IMG/VR virus record: IMGVR_UViG_3300047496_000382
DNA: 64,000 nucleotides
Origin: a virus
Reading direction: 5' to 3' (one strand)
Under the pieces are notes generated by a model that saw only the letters and a program-made list of their open reading frames with translations, did not search any database and had not been told where the DNA came from. Both the position numbers and the translations under genes were made by a program. Of this stretch, positions 55,930-63,470 are shown one piece after another. Each line of letters starts with the position of its first letter. Within the stretch, counting starts at the first letter, position 1.

Positions 55930-56568
55930 ATGAACAAGTTCATCACCATCGCGTTTTTCGTCCTCATCGGGTGTGGTGGCACAGGCAACACGCTCGGTAG
56001 CAACCCCTCGACGGACACGGGCAGCAACAGCGTGGGCGCCACCGGACCGCAGGGTCCGCAAGGCGACCCCGGACAGGCAGGACCGCAGGGTCCGACAGGA
56101 GCGCAAGGACCCGCCGGTGCCCAGGGTCCTACGGGACCTGCCGGTGCGCAGGGCATAACTGGGCCGCAAGGTCCGGAGGGTCCGACTGGTCCGACTGGTG
56201 CGGTCGGTCCCGCCGGCGCGCAGGGACCGCAAGGTCCACAAGGAGTCGTCGGTGCGCAAGGTCCCATTGGGCCCCAGGGCGCAGCGGGGACCTTCGTGAA
56301 GGCGAACGTCTACTACGTCACCGCGACTGGCGATGTGCCGGCGACAACGGGTGGCTCCGTCTACGCCGCGTGCAAGTCGACCAAGGACGTTGTCCTGTCC
56401 GGCGGCTGCGTCGCGAAGCTCACCAACGTCCTCGGTCAGAACATCGTTGGCTCTTTCCCGGTAGCCGGAGGCGGCACGTCCGCTGACCGCTGGCAGTGCG
56501 AGGGCGCGAACAACACGTCAACCGACTTCTCCATCGCCACAACGGCCGTGTGCATCGCGATGCCGTAG
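55930..56568 (+). CDS. collagen-like lipoprotein
   Basis: Signal peptide with LIGC lipobox; 29 uninterrupted G-X-Y triplets; four-Cys C-terminal domain. Confidence 0.85.
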   Translation: MNKFITIAFFVLIGCGGTGNTLGSNPSTDTGSNSVGATGPQGPQGDPGQAGPQGPTGAQGPAGAQGPTGPAGAQGITGPQGPEGPTGPTGAVGPAGAQGPQGPQGVVGAQGPIGPQGAAGTFVKANVYYVTATGDVPATTGGSVYAACKSTKDVVLSGGCVAKLTNVLGQNIVGSFPVAGGGTSADRWQCEGANNTSTDFSIATTAVCIAMP

Positions 56569-56576
56569 GAGGCTCC

Positions 56577-56834
56577 ATGATTCTCAGTCTGCTCGGCGGG
56601 GCTCCGATTCTTCGGGGGCTCGCCACGTTTCGCGACGTACTCAAGAAGGTCGAGAAGGCTGTCGTTCTGGTGAAGAGTGAACAGCCTGTTCTGCTTTCAC
56701 TCAACCTGGTCCTCCCTCGTGAAGAGATGGAGGCATTGCTCCGCGACCCGCGCGTGCGGCGTGGACTGGACAACGCAGAGGTCATGAAGGCGGAACTTCC
56801 GACCTGCCCGCAGTGTGGAAAATTCACCGGATGA
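56577..56834 (+). CDS. hypothetical protein with C-terminal CPQC
   Basis: SD AGGAGG. Confidence 0.55.
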   Translation: MILSLLGGAPILRGLATFRDVLKKVEKAVVLVKSEQPVLLSLNLVLPREEMEALLRDPRVRRGLDNAEVMKAELPTCPQCGKFTG

Positions 56835-56914
56835 CCAGGCACAAGAACAGTGGAGGTCGACATGGCCGACAAGGATGACGTGTACCTCCAGGCTGAACAG
56901 CTCGGCCTGGAAGT

Positions 56915-56944
56915 GCAAATCTCCACGAAAAGTGGGGATAAGAA
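56915..56944 (+). promoter_or_regulatory. class I phage promoter
   Basis: GCAAAT-N14-GGGATAAGAA. Confidence 0.7.
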
Positions 56945-56987
56945 CAATGGACGGTTCAACCCCCGTCCCACGAAGGAGAGCATCACC

Positions 56988-57398
56988 ATGAGCGCACGCG
57001 GCACCCACGCCACCCAGGAAACGCACGAAACCGCCACGCCCGCCGAGCAAGCTGTCGATGCCGCGGCTGGTCGCAATGAGCGACACGTCACGGAGGCCCG
57101 CTTCTCTCGCTTCGAGAACGAGGTGAGCTGCGACCACGCCAACCTCCACACCAAGGTCGACAGCATCGAGGGCGACGTGCGCCAACACGCCAGGCGCCTC
57201 GATGCTGTCGAGGGTCGCCTCGGCCTCGACCCCAAGAAGACGACGACGCGGACCGTCATCATAGCGCTTCTCAAGACCGCGGCCGTGGCGACGAGCTGGG
57301 CGCTCTTCACCGCAGGCGTCGCGCGCTACACGACGAAGAAGACGATGGCGTCGGCTGCCGCAGCTGCGGCGATTCCGATGCCGTCCGTCGGGGCGTGA
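56988..57398 (+). CDS. coiled-coil protein with C-terminal TM
   Basis: SD AAGGAG; heptads then a hydrophobic helix. Confidence 0.6.
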   Translation: MSARGTHATQETHETATPAEQAVDAAAGRNERHVTEARFSRFENEVSCDHANLHTKVDSIEGDVRQHARRLDAVEGRLGLDPKKTTTRTVIIALLKTAAVATSWALFTAGVARYTTKKTMASAAAAAAIPMPSVGA

Positions 57399-57420
57399 CC
57401 AAGACCGGCACGAAGAAGTT

Positions 57421-57461
57421 GAAGAGCGCCGCCCCTCACGGGGATGGCGTTTCTTCTTAGC
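57421..57461 (+). terminator. probable terminator ending TTCTTCTTAG
   Basis: CGCC.CCCC-TCAC-GGGG.GGCG hairpin. Confidence 0.55.
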
Positions 57462-57469
57462 CACCCAGA

Positions 57470-57499
57470 AGAAAAAGCCTTGGAATTACGGCATAAGAA
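57470..57499 (+). promoter_or_regulatory. class I phage promoter (weak upstream box)
   Basis: AGAAAA-N14-GGCATAAGAA. Confidence 0.55.
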
Positions 57500-57502
57500 G
57501 AT

Positions 57503-57567
57503 TGAAGGGTCGCCTCCTCCCTTCCAAGGTCGTTCCCTCCCGCCCGGGGGAGCGACCTTGTTTCTAG
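57503..57567 (+). ncRNA. candidate ~65-nt sRNA with anti-Shine-Dalgarno loop
   Basis: GAAGGG-UCGCCUCCU-CCCUUC hairpin, then a 15-bp terminator stem and UUUCUAG; no ORF. Confidence 0.5.
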
Positions 57568-57621
57568 CTCCTCATGCGGGTGACAGAAGTGAATCACCCC
57601 GTCGACTTGACAACTTTCTCC

Positions 57622-57655
57622 TTGCACCCATGCACTACTGTTCGTACAACAGTAG
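57622..57655 (+). promoter_or_regulatory. sigma70-like promoter overlapped by a palindromic operator
   Basis: TTGCAC-N17-TACAAC; CTACTGTT-cgtac-AACAGTAG at 57635-57655. Confidence 0.45.
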
Positions 57656-57672
57656 GCGAAAGGAGGACGTCC

Positions 57673-57951
57673 ATGTTCGACCCGGTCCTGTACAAGAACC
57701 CGCTTTTCGCGAACGCGGACGGGATGGTCCTCTTCTGCAAGGAGCTCTTGGAGAAGAAGGGCCTGACCACCGAAGCCACGAAACTGGCGGGGTACTACGG
57801 CATCAACGACGAGGAGACGGCACAAGCAGCACATGAGGCGCTCATGCACGTGCGCGTGCCCAACGACCGGAACATCCGGGAGTACATCAAACTCACCAAA
57901 GAGCTTCTCCTGAAGGCTGCGGGAACAGTACCGCTCCGACAAGCAAGCTGA
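57673..57951 (+). CDS. hypothetical protein
   Basis: SD AGGAGG. Confidence 0.65.
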   Translation: MFDPVLYKNPLFANADGMVLFCKELLEKKGLTTEATKLAGYYGINDEETAQAAHEALMHVRVPNDRNIREYIKLTKELLLKAAGTVPLRQAS

Positions 57952-57979
57952 AAAACACGCCCCTAGTGCGGAATAAGAG
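57950..57979 (+). promoter_or_regulatory. class I phage promoter (variant)
   Basis: GAAAAA-N14-GGAATAAGAG. Confidence 0.45.
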
Positions 57980-58023
57980 TTGTGATGACGTTCCTGTCAT
58001 CACCCGCGCTAGGAGGCGTGCAC

Positions 58024-58659
58024 ATGCGTTGCTTCACCGTTACCGATAGGCCTGTTTCAGGGCTCTACTACGACATGAATCCAGTACCGGCCCTCGCAGC
58101 CTGCAGAGGCTTCGACGTACAGCTGGACCCGGAGTTCGCGACTGAGATTGAAGTTCTCACCCACCTGGCATGGGATGAGGGCAAGCTGGAGTGGCCCAGC
58201 AAGTGGGCCTTGAAGTGGGCGACCCTAAACCAGCTGAAGGGTCGCGTGGTCTTGCAGAAGCAGTCGCCGGACCTCCGGCGAAAGAACCTGCAGGCACTGG
58301 TACGTCTGGACACGGCCGCGGGCATTGGCGGCACGGTTCGGTTGACCAGCTGTTTACGAGAGGAAGTGATGGTGCAGGGACGCGTGGTCTTGAAGGACCA
58401 GGTGTTCCCTCCACTGGGCGTGGCACCCCTGTGTGACGAAGCAACGGTGCGCGCCTTGCGTGAAGGCGTACCCGATGGTCTCAACGTGTACGTGATGATG
58501 AATCCTGGGTCGGCAGTGCGGATTCATCTCTCGGGCAGGCTCGAAGACCACCCGGCGACGCTGCAAGTGAAGTGGACGGGTGAGGACCTGCTGGTCATGC
58601 ACCCGCAGCAGTACGCAGCACGCCAGAAGACACCGCGGATGCAGTCCGCCGCGGCGTAG
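58024..58659 (+). CDS. hypothetical protein
   Basis: SD AGGAGG. Confidence 0.65.
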   Translation: MRCFTVTDRPVSGLYYDMNPVPALAACRGFDVQLDPEFATEIEVLTHLAWDEGKLEWPSKWALKWATLNQLKGRVVLQKQSPDLRRKNLQALVRLDTAAGIGGTVRLTSCLREEVMVQGRVVLKDQVFPPLGVAPLCDEATVRALREGVPDGLNVYVMMNPGSAVRIHLSGRLEDHPATLQVKWTGEDLLVMHPQQYAARQKTPRMQSAAA

Positions 58660-58663
58660 TAGT

Positions 58664-58695
58664 CGAGAGAAGGGCACGTTCGCCCTTTTCTCTAG
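58664..58695. terminator. bidirectional terminator between convergent genes
   Basis: GAGAAGGGC...GCCCTTTTCTC. Confidence 0.7.
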
Positions 58696-58865
58696 CCACT
58701 GAGGTGCTTCACGAGCTCCTCGAGCCGCTTCACCTGGAACACCCACCAGAAGAAGGTCTTCAGGATGGCGCGCTCGCTCCGAACGATGGGGTCGTTGCCT
58801 TTCGTCTGGAACCACTCGTCGAACTCATTGATGAGCGTGTTGACCTTCTCTTCTTGCTGCGACAT
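58692..58865 (-). CDS. small hypothetical protein (57 aa)
   Basis: Manual translation MSQQEEKVNTLINEFDEWF...; SD AGGAG. Confidence 0.65.
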   Translation of the reverse strand: MSQQEEKVNTLINEFDEWFQTKGNDPIVRSERAILKTFFWWVFQVKRLEELVKHLSG

Positions 58866-58891
58866 GACGGCTCCTACGCTACCTTCGGTCG

Positions 58892-59290
58892 ATGGTCCGC
58901 GTCGCCACGTTCGACGACATTCCCGTGCTCGTCGACATCGAGCAGCGTCTCTTCCCCCTCAACGCCATGAACGACACAATGCTCGAACGCGAGCTGGCGG
59001 TCGGTGGTGGGCTGGTCGTCGGCACCGTCCCCTGCGCCTACGCCTTGCTGCGCGACGACGGCGTGCGCCTCGACATCACGCGCCTCGGGGTTGTTCCGGA
59101 ACACCAGCGCAAGGGCTTCGGCGAGCTTCTTCTCGCTCACGTCGTAGCCCGAGGCCGCCGCACCATGCTGACGGTAGCCAAGAGCAACCGCGTCGCGCTC
59201 CGCCTCTACCTTCGCCATGGGTTCGAGGTCGTCGGCGAGCTCACCGAGGCGGCAGCTTGGCTGATGGAGCGGGGCGGTCCATCGCCGTGA
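58892..59290 (+). CDS. RimI-like GNAT acetyltransferase
   Basis: LGVVPEHQRKGFG (motif A); LTVAKSNRVALRLYLRHGF (motif B). Confidence 0.85.
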   Translation: MVRVATFDDIPVLVDIEQRLFPLNAMNDTMLERELAVGGGLVVGTVPCAYALLRDDGVRLDITRLGVVPEHQRKGFGELLLAHVVARGRRTMLTVAKSNRVALRLYLRHGFEVVGELTEAAAWLMERGGPSP

Positions 59291-59462
59291 TATTGTAGAC
59301 GGCGCCACAGCCGCCACACTTCATGACCGGCTTGCCATCAGGGCCCTGCGCCGGAGTTGCCAGTCGCTGGCACTTCGGACAACGCAGCCGTCCTGTTCCG
59401 CCTTCCGGCTGCTTGAGGATGGTGTTGCCCTTTAGGTCTCGAGTGCCGCGAATGGTCTTCAT
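59241..59462 (-). CDS. Zn-ribbon protein
   Basis: CPKC and CGGC; SD GGAGG. Confidence 0.6.
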   Translation of the reverse strand: MKTIRGTRDLKGNTILKQPEGGTGRLRCPKCQRLATPAQGPDGKPVMKCGGCGAVYNITAMDRPAPSAKLPPR

Positions 59463-59464
59463 GG

Positions 59465-59860
59465 TCAGCCTCCTCCGAACACAGTCACGCCCTCAGGAGT
59501 GGGCATCTCGATGAGCGGCGCGGCCGACGTTCGCGGGCCAGCGGCGTCCTCCTCCATCTTTTGGAGCTGGTTGAGGCGGTCCTGGATATAGCTGCCGAAG
59601 TCGATGCGTCCGCTGCTGTCCAGCACGCGCACCTTGCCGGCGAACACATCTTCAAGGACCTGCTGCAGCACGCTCTGCTGCACCTCGGTGACCTTCAGCG
59701 CGGAGCTGAACACTTCGGTGTTGGTGTCGAAGGCATTCTCCATCCGAGCCACGCGCAGTTGCAGCGCGGCGAACGCCTCATGAATTCCCGGGGGGCTTGC
59801 CGGGCCCTTCGGGCTTGCGGGCTTTCTTTTTTGTCTTCGGCTTCGGAGTTGCTGCGGCAT
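59465..59860 (-). CDS. hypothetical protein
   Basis: Tiling. Confidence 0.6.
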   Translation of the reverse strand: MPQQLRSRRQKRKPASPKGPASPPGIHEAFAALQLRVARMENAFDTNTEVFSSALKVTEVQQSVLQQVLEDVFAGKVRVLDSSGRIDFGSYIQDRLNQLQKMEEDAAGPRTSAAPLIEMPTPEGVTVFGGG

Positions 59861-60170
59861 CGGGAACCTTCGTGGTGGTGGAAGTCTTCTTCACCAGCTG
59901 GTCTGGCGTCCAGGGACGCGCGTTGCCGCGGGTCATCTGGAAGTGGCGCATCTCGTCGTAGTAGCCGAGCGCCCAGTCATTGAGGATGACGCTGATTTCC
60001 TCAAGCACTTCCTGGGGCACGACCTGGTCGGCGACGAAGACATCCTCACAGATGATGTTCGCCCGCGAATGCGACTCCTTCGAGATGTACGTCTCCTCGA
60101 GGTGCCGGTGCAGGACTTGAACGGTTGCGCGTTTCTGCGCAAGTCGCTTGTGGGTGGTCTCGTCGTCCAT
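59778..60170 (-). CDS. hypothetical protein with basic tail
   Basis: Tiling. Confidence 0.55.
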   Translation of the reverse strand: MDDETTHKRLAQKRATVQVLHRHLEETYISKESHSRANIICEDVFVADQVVPQEVLEEISVILNDWALGYYDEMRHFQMTRGNARPWTPDQLVKKTSTTTKVPDAAATPKPKTKKKARKPEGPGKPPGNS

Positions 60171-60195
60171 CGTAGAGTCTCACAGTAGCACGCAG

Positions 60196-60858
60196 TTAGG
60201 ACCGTAGAAACGCGTGAATACGCGTGAGTAAATCCCCACCGTTGCCGGTGTCTTTGATGATGTGCCGCAGCGGGTAGAGGTACACGTCCTTCTTCCGGCG
60301 CGCGACGCGGAGCTTGTCTCCCTTCAGTTGCTTCTCTTGTTCGAGCCTCGAAGCCACCCGAAGGTCGAGCTTCGGCGCCTTCACGTAGATGTCTGCGTTG
60401 TGCCCGAGCCGGATGAAGTAGTTCAACGTCATGCGCGCCCAGTCCGCCGTGTTCAGGCGCGCGAGACGTTCGCCAATGACCTGGTCACCGTTCCAGACCT
60501 TCTTGCACTCCGGGCAGACCAAGAAGCCATAGCCATTAGATGCGTCGGGGATGATGCCCCTGCAGTCGCTCAAGCCAAGCTCCTTGCCGGGGCACTCGTA
60601 ACACTTCGTATCGCCGCCACCATGTAGCTTCGCGCCACTCTCCCAAAGCGACAGCGCACCGGGGAAGGGAGCACGGTCAGTGCGGCGGTAGCTGAAGAAG
60701 AGTTCGATTTTGTACTTCGCCTTCTTCTGCGTAGCGAGGAGCTTGTCCATCGCCGCCATGCGCTGCTTGAGCGTGTAGAGTTCTTCCTCTGTCAACGTCG
60801 GTGCAACATCGATGGAGTTGTCTTCCCCGTACTTCACGGGCGTCACAAGTTTCGGCAT
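60196..60858 (-). CDS. Zn-binding hypothetical protein
   Basis: CYEC..C and CPEC. Confidence 0.65.
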   Translation of the reverse strand: MPKLVTPVKYGEDNSIDVAPTLTEEELYTLKQRMAAMDKLLATQKKAKYKIELFFSYRRTDRAPFPGALSLWESGAKLHGGGDTKCYECPGKELGLSDCRGIIPDASNGYGFLVCPECKKVWNGDQVIGERLARLNTADWARMTLNYFIRLGHNADIYVKAPKLDLRVASRLEQEKQLKGDKLRVARRKKDVYLYPLRHIIKDTGNGGDLLTRIHAFLRS

Positions 60859-60860
60859 CG

Positions 60861-61328
60861 TCAGCCCCCAGCCTTCCGATTCGCAACCGCCAGAGGACCG
60901 ACCATCATGCGGTCTGTGAACCCCGCACCGCGCTTCCCGCCGGCGGGGTTGTTCCGGTCCTTGCTGGCACCGGTCAACGGCATCTCACGCATCTCCACCC
61001 GCGAACTCTGCGGTGAGCTCGACACGTACTTTTGCAGCTCATCGTAGTACTGCGCGACGTCTTCACCCTGAACGATGATGCGCCACTCGAAGACGGTCTT
61101 GCCGCCCTTCCGGAAGTAGTGCTTCGAGATGTCGATGGTCCACTGCTTCCCGGTGCTCGCATCGAGCAAACGCCCCGTGAGGATGAGCCAGTTCTCGAGG
61201 TTCCGATTGAGCGGGTCGGGCAGGATGCGCCCCGCAAGACGAAGTTGGTTCAGCGCCTCCTTGGTATTGATGAGCTGGTAGCCGCAGCGCTTATAGAGCG
61301 CTGTCGTGAGAAGGTTGAGCGTGCTCAC
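60861..61328 (-). CDS. hypothetical protein
   Basis: Tiling. Confidence 0.65.
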   Translation of the reverse strand: MSTLNLLTTALYKRCGYQLINTKEALNQLRLAGRILPDPLNRNLENWLILTGRLLDASTGKQWTIDISKHYFRKGGKTVFEWRIIVQGEDVAQYYDELQKYVSSSPQSSRVEMREMPLTGASKDRNNPAGGKRGAGFTDRMMVGPLAVANRKAGG

Positions 61329-61331
61329 AGC

Positions 61332-61808
61332 TCACTCCACCCGCGACGGCATGCAGACGACGAAGACCTTGAAGTCGCCAAAGAAAAGCTCGCGCGCATC
61401 CTTGAAGAAGACCTTCTTCTCCTCCGCGAGAAGGTACGTCTCGCCATTGCACAGCAGCGTCGCGATGCTCTCCGACCGCCACCCGAAGACGTACTCGCCG
61501 CTGCGCAGGCGGCCATAGCTGACGTCGAAATCGGCCGTCGGTGTGCCCTCTCCCCCGCCGCTCACGACGAAGAGGCGGCCGGCGTGCTCGGTGGCGAAGT
61601 ATTGCTGGAGGACGTCGAAGTCGGTCTCACGCGAGAGCACCAAGTCGTGCCGCTGGAGCGCTTCCTCGATGATACGGGATGCCTCTGTGGGCTCGACGGG
61701 CTTGGCGGGTTCTCCTTCTGGAACCACAGCACCGAACCGTCGCAGCTCGTTGAGCATCGTCTCATCGACGAGCCCGGTACGGAGCACGGCTTGAGAGAGT
61801 GTGTTCAT
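61332..61808 (-). CDS. hypothetical protein
   Basis: ATGA-coupled. Confidence 0.6.
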   Translation of the reverse strand: MNTLSQAVLRTGLVDETMLNELRRFGAVVPEGEPAKPVEPTEASRIIEEALQRHDLVLSRETDFDVLQQYFATEHAGRLFVVSGGGEGTPTADFDVSYGRLRSGEYVFGWRSESIATLLCNGETYLLAEEKKVFFKDARELFFGDFKVFVVCMPSRVE

Positions 61809-62365
61809 GGAGTCACCTTCGGCGCCGGTGCCGGCGGGATGCTGAGCTTGTAGCTGCGCACCGTGTCGATGAGCGCAGTGGTCTGTCCGAACGCGCTGCA
61901 CAACACGAGCGCCGCGTCGTCGATGTGCCGGTCTGTCAAGAACGGCAGTCCGAAGAGCGTCTCTCGTGAAGTGAACGCCTGCCCCGTCGAACGCTTGTAC
62001 CAGGACCAGAAGCTGGTGTTGGCTCCTCCAACGAACGCCACGGGGTGCATGTGGTCGGCGGCCGCGTGGTCGAGCATGCACCCGAGGGCTTCTGCTGGAT
62101 TCTCCGGCAAGTCCGTGAGCTCGGTGAGCTCGTTGTTCCGGATGGCAGCGTAGGGAGTCAAAGAATCGAAGTCGATGTCGAGGGGCTTCTCGGCCTCACC
62201 CTCACGCACGAAGTGCCGGTAGGTCACCACGCCTTTCGCGTTGACCTCGATATTCTGCAGCCGAGGCAGCTTCAGAATCTCTTCGATGGCCGCGAGAAAG
62301 CCGCGGATGCCGGTGCCCTTCGGAACACCTACAGACTTCTTGACCTCTTGATAGCTGCTCATCAC
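61805..62365 (-). CDS. hypothetical protein
   Basis: Tiling. Confidence 0.65.
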   Translation of the reverse strand: MMSSYQEVKKSVGVPKGTGIRGFLAAIEEILKLPRLQNIEVNAKGVVTYRHFVREGEAEKPLDIDFDSLTPYAAIRNNELTELTDLPENPAEALGCMLDHAAADHMHPVAFVGGANTSFWSWYKRSTGQAFTSRETLFGLPFLTDRHIDDAALVLCSAFGQTTALIDTVRSYKLSIPPAPAPKVTP

Positions 62366-62544
62366 ACCTGCTCCGCGTCTGGCGCAGCTTGTTTCGCCAC
62401 GCGTGAAATCTCATCCGCCTCTACGAGCGCACGCAGCTGCAGCGTCACCAACGCGCTGAGCGAAACGCCTTGCCGCTCCGCCATTCTCTTGGCCTGACGG
62501 AGCAGCCGCGCGTCGAGACGCATGTGAAGGCGTCCTTCCTTCAT
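62362..62544 (-). CDS. ribbon-helix-helix DNA-binding protein
   Basis: RLHMRLDARLLRQAKRMAERQGVSLSALV. Confidence 0.8.
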   Translation of the reverse strand: MKEGRLHMRLDARLLRQAKRMAERQGVSLSALVTLQLRALVEADEISRVAKQAAPDAEQV

Positions 62545-62795
62545 GACTCGACGAACTTGATGGCATCCAGGTAGTCGCGCAGACCCTTGATGGCAGAGAA
62601 CCGCTCGACGATGAGGTCGAGGATTGTCTCGTGCGCCTTGTCCAGAAGCTCCTCGGTGAGAACCTGCCCTTCCAGTACGGGCTTGAGTTTCTCCTCGAGG
62701 AGCTTCTTCAGCTGTGGGTCGTGTCCGATAAAGGTCGGCACCCACATGAAGTTGAATTCCAAGACGCCCGGTTGTGAAGCCACGATGAGTCTCAT
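62541..62795 (-). CDS. hypothetical protein
   Basis: ATGA-coupled. Confidence 0.6.
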   Translation of the reverse strand: MRLIVASQPGVLEFNFMWVPTFIGHDPQLKKLLEEKLKPVLEGQVLTEELLDKAHETILDLIVERFSAIKGLRDYLDAIKFVES

Positions 62796-63139
62796 CGGAA
62801 GTCCACCTTCTCGCCAGGGGCGAACGCGACGAGCACGTCGGGCTCGCGGATGAGGCCTGTGTTCTCTTCGAGCTCCTGGACGATGGCCGTGATGGACTTG
62901 CCCTGCTGGTGCTCGAGGTTCTCGCGGAAGAACGCCACCTTCTCTCCGCACTCCACGCTCATCGGAACGAGCGTACCGTTGTGGCGACGACGACCCGGCC
63001 CGGCGCGCTTCACCGTGCCTGTGCGCACGCGCTGGGCGCCTGCACCGACGAGGATGATGCCCTGGACCGACGTCTCCGGAATCGGGTCGAGGTCGACCAG
63101 AATCCAGTCATGCAGCGGACGCACGCCCATCTCAGCCAC
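62792..63139 (-). CDS. groES: co-chaperonin GroES/Cpn10
   Basis: RPLHDWILV, QGIILV mobile loop, GTVKRAGPG, LIREPDVL. Confidence 0.88.
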   Translation of the reverse strand: MAEMGVRPLHDWILVDLDPIPETSVQGIILVGAGAQRVRTGTVKRAGPGRRRHNGTLVPMSVECGEKVAFFRENLEHQQGKSITAIVQELEENTGLIREPDVLVAFAPGEKVDFR

Positions 63140-63470
63140 CGTCCGCGACGTCGACAGTGTCCTCGGACTTCACCGGCGTGGCGCGTGAGAGGTGCATCTC
63201 TTCGAGCTGCTTCGCGAGCCAGACATCTGGCTTCATGATTTTGAGCGACGCGACGTAGCTCTCGCCATTGGGCGCACGCGACCAGAGCCCGTTGATGCGG
63301 TGCATGAGCTCCTGGTGCACCGTGCCGTTGTCGTCGGTCCACTTCACGAGATACGTGTGCGCCTCGGCGATGTCGACGACCGTCTTGGCTCGGCCTGTCT
63401 CCGCCCCCCTGCGCGACGGCATTTGCACGCCCACCGTACGACCAGCAACCTTGTTCTCTCCGTTCAGCAT
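63132..63470 (-). CDS. hypothetical protein
   Basis: Tiling, SD. Confidence 0.6.
   Translation of the reverse strand: MLNGENKVAGRTVGVQMPSRRGAETGRAKTVVDIAEAHTYLVKWTDDNGTVHQELMHRINGLWSRAPNGESYVASLKIMKPDVWLAKQLEEMHLSRATPVKSEDTVDVADGG

Noticed and set aside
55870-56267. Minus-strand Pro/Cys/Gly or Arg-rich ORFs
   Set aside because: Antisense readings of the collagen repeat.
56850-56987. Track start of ORF 56850-57398
   Set aside because: The segment contains a class I promoter, and an SD-led ATG at 56988 fits better.
57635-57655. LexA SOS box
   Set aside because: The CTGT-ACAG spacer is 7 nt rather than 8, and it does not match other LexA consensus types I know.
58704-58970. Plus-strand ORF MLHELLEP...
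   Set aside because: Shadow of the SD-led minus-strand gene 58692-58865, and it lies past a terminator.
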